The notes under the pieces were generated by a model. The model was given only the letters and a program-made list of their open reading frames with translations, searched no databases and was not told the DNA's origin. From contig OY761159.2 of assembly GCA_963664395.2 (NCBI GenBank), positions 1,600,001-1,664,000 of the forward strand: a DNA stretch of 64,000 nt, in the 5' to 3' direction. This stretch comes from Candidatus Binatia bacterium. GTDB lineage: Bacteria > Desulfobacterota > Binatia > Bin18. The translations under genes and the position numbers were made by a program. Below, piece after piece: positions 9,598 to 18,494 of this stretch. Numbering within the stretch: the stretch's first letter is position 1; every line of letters begins with the position of its first letter.

Positions 9598-11190
9598 TCA
9601 AATCTTCTTTTTTTGATTTGCGACATAGTCAACCAGGAGATATTCCCCAAGATTGTCCGGGCGGGTGTAAAAGGCACGGCCACGGTTCATCTTGGTCATT
9701 TTGTCCACAAAGGTCCGCAGGCTCGGACTGTCGTCGAGCATGAACGTATTAATCGTGACCCCCCGCTTGGTGACTTTCTCTACTTCGCGCAGGGTTTCCT
9801 GGGCCGCCCGCATACTGATCCCCCCAAAAGAGAGGGGCCATTCGCAATACAGCCGCCCCCGAGAAAAATACGCGGTGGGTTGGCCATCCGTCACCACGAT
9901 GATGTGTTGATTATGACCCGGGTGGCGGCGCAGCAGATCCCCGGCAAGACGCAGGCCGTCTTGTAGGTTGGTGAACGGGTCGCCCATATTCCAACTCGCC
10001 TCAGGCAAGTCTTTGATCTTGAGCTCCACCGCCCGCGTGAAAAAACCAACAATCGAGAAATAATCACGCGGATAGCGCGTCCGAATCAAACTCTCCAGCG
10101 CCAGCGCAACTTTTTTGGCGGCTCCGAATCGACCTTCCCAGCTCATGGACCAACTCATATCAAGGAGCAGGACGGTTGACGTTGTGGTCGTGTGGTCAGT
10201 ATCGAAGATCGTAAAGTCTTCCGGGTGGATAGACAGGGGGACGCCCGCGCTCCGCTGGATAGACTTTTTGAGCGTCCCGACCAGGTCGAGATGCATGGGG
10301 TCACCGTACTGGTACGGCCGCGTTTCGTCCATTTTGATCTCGGCAATACCGCGATGGTCTGTGGCGTGAGAGCCGTTCCGGTCGCGCAACAGATTGGCAT
10401 AGATGTCTTGCAGGGCGAGCTGGCCGATCCGCCGGACGCCTTTGGGCGACAACCGCACCCGGCCTTCGCGGGAGATCAGGAACCCGGATTCTTCTAACAA
10501 CGACTGCATCTGTTGGAGATTCTGAAAGTCCTGGCTGGCAGCCTGGCCAAGCAATTCCTGAAGCTGTTCCGGGTCTATCTTCTCCGGATGGCCTGACAGC
10601 AGGTTTTGCTCCATCTCCTGAAGCTGTTCCATTTCCTCCATCAGTTCCAGCGCCTCTTGATAGCTGAGCGGACGCGGTCCGTTAAACAGATCGTTGAAAC
10701 GGCGCTGAAAGTTCTCAAGCGAGTGAATATTGTCAAACTCCTGCATGAGCTCATCAAACGCGGCTTGCGCGGCTTCGTCCTCGAACGGATAGTCCGCCAG
10801 CTTCTCCATTTTCTCGCTCAGGCGTTGCGGCAACTGCTGGAGAAACTGCTCCTTCTCTTCGAGTGCGGGCTGCTGAGGCCGCTTCTGCTCCAGCGTGCGC
10901 TGCTCTTGATTCAGAATGGAGTCAAGACGCTCCTGCATCTCATCGAGCGAGGAGCGCATATTAGACTCACGGTAGCGTTTGCGCATCTCTTCGCGCAGGT
11001 CACGCACGAGATCGTCCAGACCCTTGAGCTTATCGTCCTCATCCCCCAGGCCCTGGCGCATGAGATGCTCAAGCGCCTGCTGCATATCATCCGTCGAGGA
11101 CAGATGTTCGGCCAGCTCTTCGAAGATTTTGTCGGCCGACAGCCGGACCCGTTGGCTGCCATCCCAGTCGGTATAGCGAATGGTGATCAT
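9598..11190 (-). CDS. vWA-domain protein (usual partner of the chelatase-like AAA ATPase)
   Basis: MIDAS DMSWS, TNLQDGL, VVTDGQPTA; N-terminal RYTDWDGSQ. Confidence 0.92.
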   Translation of the reverse strand: MITIRYTDWDGSQRVRLSADKIFEELAEHLSSTDDMQQALEHLMRQGLGDEDDKLKGLDDLVRDLREEMRKRYRESNMRSSLDEMQERLDSILNQEQRTLEQKRPQQPALEEKEQFLQQLPQRLSEKMEKLADYPFEDEAAQAAFDELMQEFDNIHSLENFQRRFNDLFNGPRPLSYQEALELMEEMEQLQEMEQNLLSGHPEKIDPEQLQELLGQAASQDFQNLQQMQSLLEESGFLISREGRVRLSPKGVRRIGQLALQDIYANLLRDRNGSHATDHRGIAEIKMDETRPYQYGDPMHLDLVGTLKKSIQRSAGVPLSIHPEDFTIFDTDHTTTTSTVLLLDMSWSMSWEGRFGAAKKVALALESLIRTRYPRDYFSIVGFFTRAVELKIKDLPEASWNMGDPFTNLQDGLRLAGDLLRRHPGHNQHIIVVTDGQPTAYFSRGRLYCEWPLSFGGISMRAAQETLREVEKVTKRGVTINTFMLDDSPSLRTFVDKMTKMNRGRAFYTRPDNLGEYLLVDYVANQKKKI

Positions 11191-11380
11191 GTCAGTCCGG
11201 AAGCACGGTCACGGAATGCCGGGATCATAGAGCAACCCGCCCGCCTTTACTATACCCACAGACCGGCGGGGCGGGGCAAAGGGGGCAGGGCTACTAGCTG
11301 GAGGGCCTGCTATACTGTCCTGTGGACATACGACGAGTTGATGAGCGGTAGACAGAGTCCACAAAGGAGAAAGGGTGAAC

Positions 11381-12016
11381 ATGAATTACGTCCTGATTGA
11401 CTTGGAAAATACGCAGCCGGAACACCTGAGTGTTTTAGCCGGGCAGAACTTCAGGGTTCTTGTTTTTGTGGGCCAGAACCAATCAAAGATATCGTTTGAT
11501 CTCGTATCCGCCATTCAGCATTTAGGGAAAAACGCCGAATACATCAAAATTCAAGGCAACGGACCAAACGCCCTTGATTTCCATATCGCGTTTTATATCG
11601 GCCAGTTTTCCACAGAAAACAGCGATTCCCATTTCCACATCATTTCAAAAGATAAAGGCTTCGACCCGCTGATTAAGCATCTTGAATCGAAAAAGATCCG
11701 GGTACACCGGCATCCGGCTATCAACGACATACCACTTACAAAGCCTGCAAAAGCGAAAAAAGAGCCTGCTCACGTTTCAAAACCTGCGAGTTCAGTAATA
11801 AAGGCGGAGAACATTCAGAAAATCGTTGAGTTCCTGATTGCCCGAGGGAATGCAAAACCAAGGAAATTGAAAACTCTGTCCAATTCGATCAATGCACTAT
11901 TTTCAAAAAGCTTAGCAGAGAACGAACTCGACGCTCTCATAGACGAACTGGTCAAGCGCGGCGTCGTTATTGTCAGCAGCAATCAGACCAGCGTGAGCTA
12001 TCAGTTGAAAGGGTAA
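11381..12016 (+). CDS. PIN-like (NYN/PIN_7-type) nuclease with C-terminal winged-helix-like domain
   Basis: VLIDLEN, NALDFHIAFYIG, IISKDKGFDPL. Confidence 0.8.
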   Translation: MNYVLIDLENTQPEHLSVLAGQNFRVLVFVGQNQSKISFDLVSAIQHLGKNAEYIKIQGNGPNALDFHIAFYIGQFSTENSDSHFHIISKDKGFDPLIKHLESKKIRVHRHPAINDIPLTKPAKAKKEPAHVSKPASSVIKAENIQKIVEFLIARGNAKPRKLKTLSNSINALFSKSLAENELDALIDELVKRGVVIVSSNQTSVSYQLKG

Positions 12017-12067
12017 TTGTTGAAGCGCTTCCCAATTGTGGTACAAAATGACCGAGAGTAATCGCTA

Positions 12068-12529
12068 ATGATACGTCATGTGTTTCTGAGCTTTTCTATG
12101 GGGGACGAGGGCATTGTCAACGTCTTTCGCGGCCAAGCGGCGAACAGGCAATCGGTCCTGGTGTTTCATGACTACTCCATCAAGGAAGCATTTGAGTCCA
12201 CTTGGAAAATGAAGGCGGAACGTCTCATCCGCGCCTGTAGTGTCACTATATGTTTGATTGGCAAAACAACGTATCGGAGCAAAGCTGTCGATTGGGAGAT
12301 CAGAAGGAGCGCGGAACTAGGGAAGACCGTCATGGCGGTTTCCATTGAGCCGACGGCGCCAAGAGTTCCGCCGGCCCTTACGGAACTGAACGTGCAACCC
12401 CAGCCGTGGGATATGGAGAGAATAATAGGGGAGTTGAATGACCTCGGAACCGAATACGGTCGAACAAGAGCTTTTCGGAGAGCACGAATCTGGAACGTTG
12501 AACGAGACCGAAGCCTCGACACTGCTTGA
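12068..12529 (+). CDS. ThsB-like TIR protein (MTH538/DUF1863 type)
   Basis: RHVFLSF, DYSIKE, SVTICLIG, VDWEI with the putative catalytic Glu. Confidence 0.85.
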   Translation: MIRHVFLSFSMGDEGIVNVFRGQAANRQSVLVFHDYSIKEAFESTWKMKAERLIRACSVTICLIGKTTYRSKAVDWEIRRSAELGKTVMAVSIEPTAPRVPPALTELNVQPQPWDMERIIGELNDLGTEYGRTRAFRRARIWNVERDRSLDTA

Positions 12530-12965
12530 ACAGTACAAACTCTTTGTGGGAACCTCGGAAGCTCTGGTCTCTCGTCGGCAGCAAGTCAATACTTTCTTCC
12601 TTTCTGTCAATTCCATCATCCTTGCGGCTACGGGTCTCCTCATACGTGAGAAAACGGCAAATAGCTTAGTCGGTCCCGCCCTCATCGTGCTCGGTATGGG
12701 CGGAATGGCTCTCTGTTTCGCATGGCGGCGAATGATATTGTCCTTTGGTCAACTCAACCGGGGCAAGTTCGATGTCATCCATGCCCTCGAACGCAGACTG
12801 CCAGCCCGGACTTTTACCGCGGAATGGGTCGCTCTGGGACAAGGTAAGGATCCGTCTAAGTACAAGCCGTTTACGCGAACAGAGTCGTTGACCCCGTGGA
12901 TATTCGGTATGCTTGAAACATTGGTGGTCGTTGCTGGAGTCGTTCTATGGTTCTGGCAGGGATAG
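12438..12965 (+). CDS. Three-TM membrane protein, RipA/octameric-membrane-protein-like
   Basis: LEQYKLFV...SRRQQVNTFFLSVNS, W...QLNRGKFDVIHALERRLP, EW..LG; three hydrophobic helices; family name recalled, not searched. Confidence 0.7.
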   Translation: MTSEPNTVEQELFGEHESGTLNETEASTLLEQYKLFVGTSEALVSRRQQVNTFFLSVNSIILAATGLLIREKTANSLVGPALIVLGMGGMALCFAWRRMILSFGQLNRGKFDVIHALERRLPARTFTAEWVALGQGKDPSKYKPFTRTESLTPWIFGMLETLVVVAGVVLWFWQG

Positions 12966-12969
12966 AATA

Positions 12970-13413
12970 ATGAGCACACATCAAATCCACGTTTTTATCA
13001 GTCACTCCTGGGCCTATTCAAATCATTACGACACTTTGGAGGATTGGATATTCAACCGGAAATGGAGTCGAGGTCAGGCATCTCTCGACTTTCGGGATTT
13101 TTCCGTTCCAAGGAATGACCCAATTCATAATGCACCCTCCGACCGAGCACTCAGAGAGGCAATCTTTAACCAAATAGTCAGGTGTCACGTGGTCGTGATT
13201 CCGTTGGGAATGTATGCCACTTACAGTAAGTGGATCAGGAAAGAAATCGACGGTGCTAAACGCTACACAAAACCAATACTTGGCGTAAACCCGCAGGGAC
13301 AGGAACATCGCTCCTCTATCGTGGCCAATGCTGCACAAGAAACGGTTGGTTGGAACAGTAAAAGTGTCGTCGGGGCCATAGCTTGTATCGTGATTAAGCT
13401 CACTTCCGGCTAA
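12970..13413 (+). CDS. Second ThsB-like TIR protein
   Basis: HVFISHSW, DFSVPRNDPIH, GMYATYSKWIRKEI, KPILGVNP, VGWNSKSVV. Confidence 0.85.
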   Translation: MSTHQIHVFISHSWAYSNHYDTLEDWIFNRKWSRGQASLDFRDFSVPRNDPIHNAPSDRALREAIFNQIVRCHVVVIPLGMYATYSKWIRKEIDGAKRYTKPILGVNPQGQEHRSSIVANAAQETVGWNSKSVVGAIACIVIKLTSG

Positions 13414-13432
13414 TAATTTCGAGACAGTCGTT

Positions 13433-13738
13433 ATGGTGGAACGTCCGGTCACACATTTGCAGAATCCTCCCCATCCGGGCGCAATCGTCAGACGCCAGTG
13501 TCTCGCGCCTCTCGGCCTGTCCGTTACCAGGGCCGCCAAAGGCTTGGGAGTCACGCGCCAAGCGCTCTCCGATCTCGTCAACGGCAGGGCTGGAGTCTCG
13601 GTCGAAATGGCGGTCCGATTGTCAAAAGCCTTCGGGTCGAGCCCGGAGACATGGCTCGGTATGCAGATGGCCTACGACCTCTGGCACGCGCGGGATAGAG
13701 TCGAGCAGATCACCGTCGAGAAGTTCGAGAGCGCGTAG
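13433..13738 (+). CDS. higA: Orphan HigA-family HTH antitoxin
   Basis: NPPHPG, LGVTRQALSDLVNG, SPETWLGMQMAYDLW; no upstream higB; start may be TTG 13457. Confidence 0.88.
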   Translation: MVERPVTHLQNPPHPGAIVRRQCLAPLGLSVTRAAKGLGVTRQALSDLVNGRAGVSVEMAVRLSKAFGSSPETWLGMQMAYDLWHARDRVEQITVEKFESA

Positions 13739-13760
13739 GCGTAGTTCCCGCATCCTCAAG

Positions 13761-13867
13761 AGGGCAATTCTGCGGCGCTTGGTCAAAGAGAGATTCGCGT
13801 GAAGCAAAAGGACTGTGAACGCTTGGTAAAAAGTGTCAAGCAGGCAGGAGCGATTCGCACGCAATGA
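13761..13867 (+). pseudogene. Remnant of a RelE-type toxin C-terminus plus HTH antitoxin N-terminus
   Basis: RAILRRLVKERFA* overlaps (GTGA at 13799) with MKQKDCERLVKSVKQAGAIRTQ*. Confidence 0.5.
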
Positions 13868-13901
13868 AAGAAGTTCCAGCAGGCGCGGATTGGAAGAGTG
13901 A

Positions 13902-14171
13902 CTATGCCGCTTTCCTTGCCCGCGCAGCTTTATCGAGATCGTAGGTTGCCTGGAGATTCAGCCACACCTTCGGCGTCGTGCCGAGAACGGCGGCGAGGTC
14001 CAGCGCCGCGGCGGCAGTGACGCCACGCTTTCCGCGAATGAGTTCGTTCAGTCGGGTCCTCGTCCAACCGACCTTCGCGGCGAATGCCGCTTGGCTTATT
14101 CCTTGAGGCGCGAGAAATTCCTCCAAGAGGATTTCGCCTGGGTGAAACGGATTCTTCGGTTGTCTCGCCAT
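13902..14171 (-). CDS. higA: HigA antitoxin
   Basis: PFHPGEILLEEFL, RLNELIRGKRGVT, WLNLQATYDL. Confidence 0.93.
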   Translation of the reverse strand: MARQPKNPFHPGEILLEEFLAPQGISQAAFAAKVGWTRTRLNELIRGKRGVTAAAALDLAAVLGTTPKVWLNLQATYDLDKAARARKAA

Positions 14172-14183
14172 TACGCCTGCTCC

Positions 14184-14474
14184 TTATAAATGGTAATCAA
14201 CGACTTGAACATTGAACGCACTCCCCGCACGCCATTGAAAGACCAGCCGCCATTGCCTGTCAATGCGGATCGAGTAGAAACCGTCCCATTCCCCTTTCAA
14301 CTTCTCCAGCCGATTACCAGGTGGGACCCGAAGGTCTCGTAAGTCAGCCGCGTCATGCAGAAAGAGCAGCTTCCGCCGGGCAGTCCGACGAAGCGACACT
14401 GGTAACGTCCGCACAGCGCGTCCGCTATCGTCAAACAGTTGCTCAGCCAGCGCGTTGCCGAATGTCTCAATCAC
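14184..14474 (-). CDS. higB: HigB toxin
   Basis: DLRVPPGNRLEKLKG, YSIRIDRQWRLVF, terminal DYH. Confidence 0.93.
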   Translation of the reverse strand: MIETFGNALAEQLFDDSGRAVRTLPVSLRRTARRKLLFLHDAADLRDLRVPPGNRLEKLKGEWDGFYSIRIDRQWRLVFQWRAGSAFNVQVVDYHL

Positions 14475-14509
14475 GTTTCCGCATTACCAGAAACCGATAA
14501 TGCGGAAAC
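14475..14509. promoter_or_regulatory. Probable HigA operator
   Basis: Perfect 12-bp inverted repeat GTTTCCGCATTA-N11-TAATGCGGAAAC abutting the higB start. Confidence 0.7.
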
Positions 14510-14669
14510 CCATCTCCCCACTATGCAGAAAAGAGTGTTAGAGGACATCCGGGAGCATTAGCCGCCTATCTGGAGAGCCTATACTTGATTCTTGATATAT
14601 TTATATATTATGATGGTCCTAATTTTTATTATAGTCATTTATTTTAGTAGCAATTAAGGAGGTGTTTCG

Positions 14670-15617
14670 ATGGAATATACAAACCAACAGCTCAACAACT
14701 ACGTCAACCGGATTAAGCTCACTCAGGAACAAAAATCGTCTTACGCGAATCAAATTGACAATTTGAAAGACAATGTTCTCAAAGCCGTTAATGGCATGGA
14801 GAACACTAAAGTAACGAAGGTCAAAAGAGCAGGTTCGTGGAAGAAAAGCACCGCTCTGGCACCAAAGGGAGACTATCCTCTCGATATAGACATGGTGTTC
14901 TACCTAGCCCTTAAAGAAGATGCTTCGTTTGACGCCGAGGAGCTTCGGGAGGAGATTATCAGCGTACTGTGCGAGGCATATCCTAACAAGGAAAGATCAG
15001 ATTTTACTGATGGTCAAAAGACTATTGGCGTCGTATTCAGGGGCTCCGGCCTTGAGGTGGATATTGTGCCGTTTATCCCGGAAAAGGGTAACACGACCTA
15101 TGGTAGACAACCTCGAAAAAAACTCAATTCAGGCGAGTTCAAAACCAGCGTTGACAAGCAATTGGATTTTGTAAGCAAAATAAAAGACAAGTGCTCTAAT
15201 TTCACTTCTATTGTTCGCATCCTGAAAAGTTGGAGAAACTATAAGGAGCTGGAACTTTCCTCTTTCTCCATTGAATTGGCAGTAGCCAATTTGATCCAGA
15301 CAGGGAGAATATCTGACTCTTCAATAAACCAAACAATTATCACTTTCTTCGAGTTTTTCGGTAACGGTACTCCCGTCAAGGTGTACTTCTCAGGGGCTAT
15401 CGGACCACAAACTGGCAGTGCTCCGTGGATAGCAGATCCAACGAACAACGAGAACAATACGGTCAGACTATCTGATAGCGAATGGGACGAGGTTATGGAA
15501 ATAGCCGAAAGCGGCTTTGAGAGCATTTCTTATGCACAAACCGTACAAGAGACCGGAAAAACATTGGATTTATGGAAGGAAGTTTTTGGACCAAGTTTCA
15601 ATATTAAGGAGGGATAA
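14670..15617 (+). CDS. cdnC: CBASS CD-NTase (CdnC-like oligonucleotide cyclase)
   Basis: AGSWKKSTAL, DID, VDIVP, SFSIEL, IADP, WKEVFG; AAGGAGG RBS; low GC. Confidence 0.9.
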   Translation: MEYTNQQLNNYVNRIKLTQEQKSSYANQIDNLKDNVLKAVNGMENTKVTKVKRAGSWKKSTALAPKGDYPLDIDMVFYLALKEDASFDAEELREEIISVLCEAYPNKERSDFTDGQKTIGVVFRGSGLEVDIVPFIPEKGNTTYGRQPRKKLNSGEFKTSVDKQLDFVSKIKDKCSNFTSIVRILKSWRNYKELELSSFSIELAVANLIQTGRISDSSINQTIITFFEFFGNGTPVKVYFSGAIGPQTGSAPWIADPTNNENNTVRLSDSEWDEVMEIAESGFESISYAQTVQETGKTLDLWKEVFGPSFNIKEG

Positions 15618-15623
15618 TACCTA

Positions 15624-16106
15624 ATGAGCACTATTACGCAGACATATACCAGAACAGATATCCGTAAAGCTTTTGAAAACTTCCAGGCAGACCTGCAAAT
15701 GCTTGCTGTAAGGACGCAAGCAATGGAATTAGATCATGCACAGAAGTGTACCTATGATGTCTGTTTAATGGCCCAAGCGGGGTGTTTGAGGCGCGTCCAT
15801 ATACAATTGTATGACTCCTATGGAAATCTCATAAAAGTTCATCGGTATTCCGTGAAAGAAGATATATTACCAGACTCCCAAAGGCCAGGAGGAAATAGAT
15901 GGCCATGCTTACCTGACGGTAGCCTATGCGTAATAGTGGAATACTCTGATAACCAAGAGGCGGAAAAGCTTCAAAGATCAAGGACGTTAAAACTACATTG
16001 GAGCCCTTCATCTTTGTCAACTAATTACTCTGGAATGCGAAACGATAGCGAAAGACTCTATTCCAGTAATAGCTACGGATTACGGCGCGACACATTCGTG
16101 AACTGA
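15624..16106 (+). CDS. cap7: CBASS bacterial HORMA protein
   Basis: Thr-rich N-terminus, C-terminal YSSNSYGLRR, size and position between CD-NTase and Trip13-like ATPase. Confidence 0.8.
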   Translation: MSTITQTYTRTDIRKAFENFQADLQMLAVRTQAMELDHAQKCTYDVCLMAQAGCLRRVHIQLYDSYGNLIKVHRYSVKEDILPDSQRPGGNRWPCLPDGSLCVIVEYSDNQEAEKLQRSRTLKLHWSPSSLSTNYSGMRNDSERLYSSNSYGLRRDTFVN

Positions 16107-16119
16107 ATAAGGCAAAACA

Positions 16120-17010
16120 ATGGTGCAAAGTACGTTTGATACTCAACGAGAACTCCCATCACGTGAGTTAGAAAGTATTGCCGAAACCCTTATCGGCTTC
16201 GAGAGGCACTATGAAGCATTGAAAAACCATCTAATGGCAGTATTGATGCCCGACCGTATAGATAAGTGGAGTAAGGAGCACCACAAACAAATTATTCCAT
16301 TATGTAAGGTAATCCGGCAAAGGTACCCACTTTTTCTCTTTAGCGGGGATGTTGGGACGGGAAAGACCGTGACGGCTGAGTGTGCCGCAAACCGGTTGAC
16401 AAAGGATATGGGCAAAGAGGGTTTTCTCCTTAAGCTGAGCACCCGGGTGAGAGGTAAGGGGCTGCATGGAGAAATGAGTCAGCTTATCCAGGATGCCTTT
16501 GAAAATCTGACAATCCAGGCGGGTAAAAAACGATTGTCCTTTCTACTGATAGACGAGGCAGATTCCATCGCCTCGCTTCGGTCTACCGAACAGATGCACC
16601 AGGAAGAAAAGGCTGCCGTCAATACGCTGATACAGAAAATTGATGAGATTCGCCAAGTAGGCGGTCGAGCGGTTGTGTTTTTGTGTACTAATAGAGCAAA
16701 TATCATTGATCAGGCTGTCGTTAGGCGCGCCGCGTTACACATAGAATTTTCTCGACCGAATAAAGAAGAGTGTCTGAAATTATTAGCACATGATCTTGAA
16801 GGAGTAGGTTTGACATCGGAAGAACTCAGTGAATTAGCGTCTCTCACTTCAGCAGGAGGGCATTATGGCGATAATGGCTATACATTCTCAGATTTCCGAT
16901 TGCGGTTTTTTCCAGAAGCTCTCACTCGATCCTTTCCAGACCGGGCGCTGACATTTGGTATCTTAAAAGAAACAGTGCTGGCTGTGAGACCGAGCCCTCG
17001 GATTGACTAA
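16120..17010 (+). CDS. cap6: CBASS Trip13/Pch2-like AAA+ ATPase
   Basis: GDVGTGKT, RVRGKGLHGEMS, LLIDEAD, HQEEKAAVNTLIQKID, CTNR, AVVRR. Confidence 0.9.
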   Translation: MVQSTFDTQRELPSRELESIAETLIGFERHYEALKNHLMAVLMPDRIDKWSKEHHKQIIPLCKVIRQRYPLFLFSGDVGTGKTVTAECAANRLTKDMGKEGFLLKLSTRVRGKGLHGEMSQLIQDAFENLTIQAGKKRLSFLLIDEADSIASLRSTEQMHQEEKAAVNTLIQKIDEIRQVGGRAVVFLCTNRANIIDQAVVRRAALHIEFSRPNKEECLKLLAHDLEGVGLTSEELSELASLTSAGGHYGDNGYTFSDFRLRFFPEALTRSFPDRALTFGILKETVLAVRPSPRID

Positions 17011-17011
17011 A

Positions 17012-17566
17012 ATGCAAGACGGCGATGTTCAATCAAGCCAGGAGCTTCTCAAAAAATTGAGAAGAAAAGCGGAACTTTGCCGATTTGCTCACTCGGAGTT
17101 AAAAGCAAAATATAGTAGGTGTCGAAGCCTGAAGGAATTTTCGGTTACTTTATTGTCTGTAGTTCTGGCAGGGCTAATCGGTTTTTATTATCGAAAAGTA
17201 TTGGAGGGTGATTTGATATTGTCGTTCATCTTCATCCTACCTCTTGCCACAACGCTAGTACAGGCGCTGGATTGCACTATATTTCAGTGGACACACAAAG
17301 TAGCCCGGCACGAGTCAGCAGTAGCAATTTGGGGAGATTGGATTAGAGAGGCAGATTTTCTTGAGAAGCGCATCCATCAGTATTCAAGTGATTTGGCGAA
17401 TGAAAAGATGCAGAATATACAAGAAAAATATAACGGTTGTATGGGTAATACAGAACAAATACCAAATAGCAAGTTCCTAATATACAAAAAGAAATTCAGA
17501 GCGTATGTGTTGAAATCCAAGGAAATTGATGAGATGTCCTTGGAAGATATAGATAGAGGGAAATAG
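17012..17566 (+). CDS. Two-TM SLATT-like effector
   Basis: N-terminal helix with AH, two TM helices, W...ARHESA and a helical tail; last core gene of the CBASS operon. Confidence 0.65.
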   Translation: MQDGDVQSSQELLKKLRRKAELCRFAHSELKAKYSRCRSLKEFSVTLLSVVLAGLIGFYYRKVLEGDLILSFIFILPLATTLVQALDCTIFQWTHKVARHESAVAIWGDWIREADFLEKRIHQYSSDLANEKMQNIQEKYNGCMGNTEQIPNSKFLIYKKKFRAYVLKSKEIDEMSLEDIDRGK

Positions 17567-17577
17567 AGAGAAAAAAG

Positions 17578-18417
17578 TTGAAAGAGCGTAAAAAAAAGTT
17601 ACCTGCCGCACAAGAAGAAAGACTAGAGTTCGTTGAACTCCTTGCCTATTTCAACGGCACAGTGAGTCGCGATGAAATTATGAATAGATTTGGCATATCT
17701 GCGGCATCCGCTACCAATATATTGTCGAAGTATAGCCAAATGGCTCCTGAAAACCTCGGCTATAACGTACACCTCAAACGCTATGAGATTGGCAAATCTT
17801 TCAAGCCGGTTTTCAATGTTCGCATGTTGATCGAGCGTATCCCTGTGTACACCATGCCTCAGTTACACAAACCGGCTGACAACGATGTGATTGAAAGAAT
17901 CGCCCTAATATCAAGAGCCATTCAGAGAACACAATCACTGGCCATCACCTACTCTTCTGCTTCTAGTGGAAGAAGCACGCGGCAAATTGTCCCTGTTGCT
18001 TTTGCTGATAATTGGCTGCGGTGGCATTTACGTGCATACGATAGAAAACGAGAACAATATGTCGATTTTGTTTTCAGAAGAATTTTAGAAGTGCGCCCAA
18101 TTGAAGGTGATACGATACAGGGTCACGAACACCCGAAGAATGACAAACAATGGCATTCGTTTATTGACTTAAGAATAAAAGCACATCCACACAATCTGGC
18201 GGATGTCCAGGCTTTTACTATGGGTACTGATATTCATCGTGTGAGGATTCGTGCGGCTATGGCTGGATATTTTCTTCAGCTTTGGAACGTCGACTGTTCC
18301 CCAGATGCGAATCTAAAAGGGAAGGAATATCAGTATGTTTTGGCGAATGTGGCGGAAGTCGCTAAAGTAGCGGATTTAGGGTTAGCCCCCGGCTATAATG
18401 GTGAAATACAAAATTGA
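17578..18417 (+). CDS. WYL-domain regulator (CapW-like)
   Basis: N-terminal wHTH (ERLEFVELLAYFNG..SR), Y.S.SSG...R.IVP, RWHLRAYDR, DFVFRRI, W.VDCS. Confidence 0.88.
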   Translation: MKERKKKLPAAQEERLEFVELLAYFNGTVSRDEIMNRFGISAASATNILSKYSQMAPENLGYNVHLKRYEIGKSFKPVFNVRMLIERIPVYTMPQLHKPADNDVIERIALISRAIQRTQSLAITYSSASSGRSTRQIVPVAFADNWLRWHLRAYDRKREQYVDFVFRRILEVRPIEGDTIQGHEHPKNDKQWHSFIDLRIKAHPHNLADVQAFTMGTDIHRVRIRAAMAGYFLQLWNVDCSPDANLKGKEYQYVLANVAEVAKVADLGLAPGYNGEIQN

Positions 18418-18494
18418 TACTTTGCCATGAGAGTCATTGTGAACAGTTTGTATGTACTCCTCAATTAGCTCCTGGGTCGTTGTGAGAGAACTGA

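Noticed and set aside
11221-11260. KGGRVA(Y) as a relic of the ATPase 3' end QGGRHTY
   Set aside because: Needs an indel, is very short and overlaps a plausible promoter element; chance-level.
12428-12529. Frameshift explaining the 92-nt TIR/3TM overlap
   Set aside because: One extra G would give an ATGA overlap, but the present reading WDMERIIGELN is plausible; undecidable without reads.
18421-18490. TTQELIEEYIQ as an IS200 transposase tail
   Set aside because: Too short, with no HUH motif or IS-end hairpin seen.
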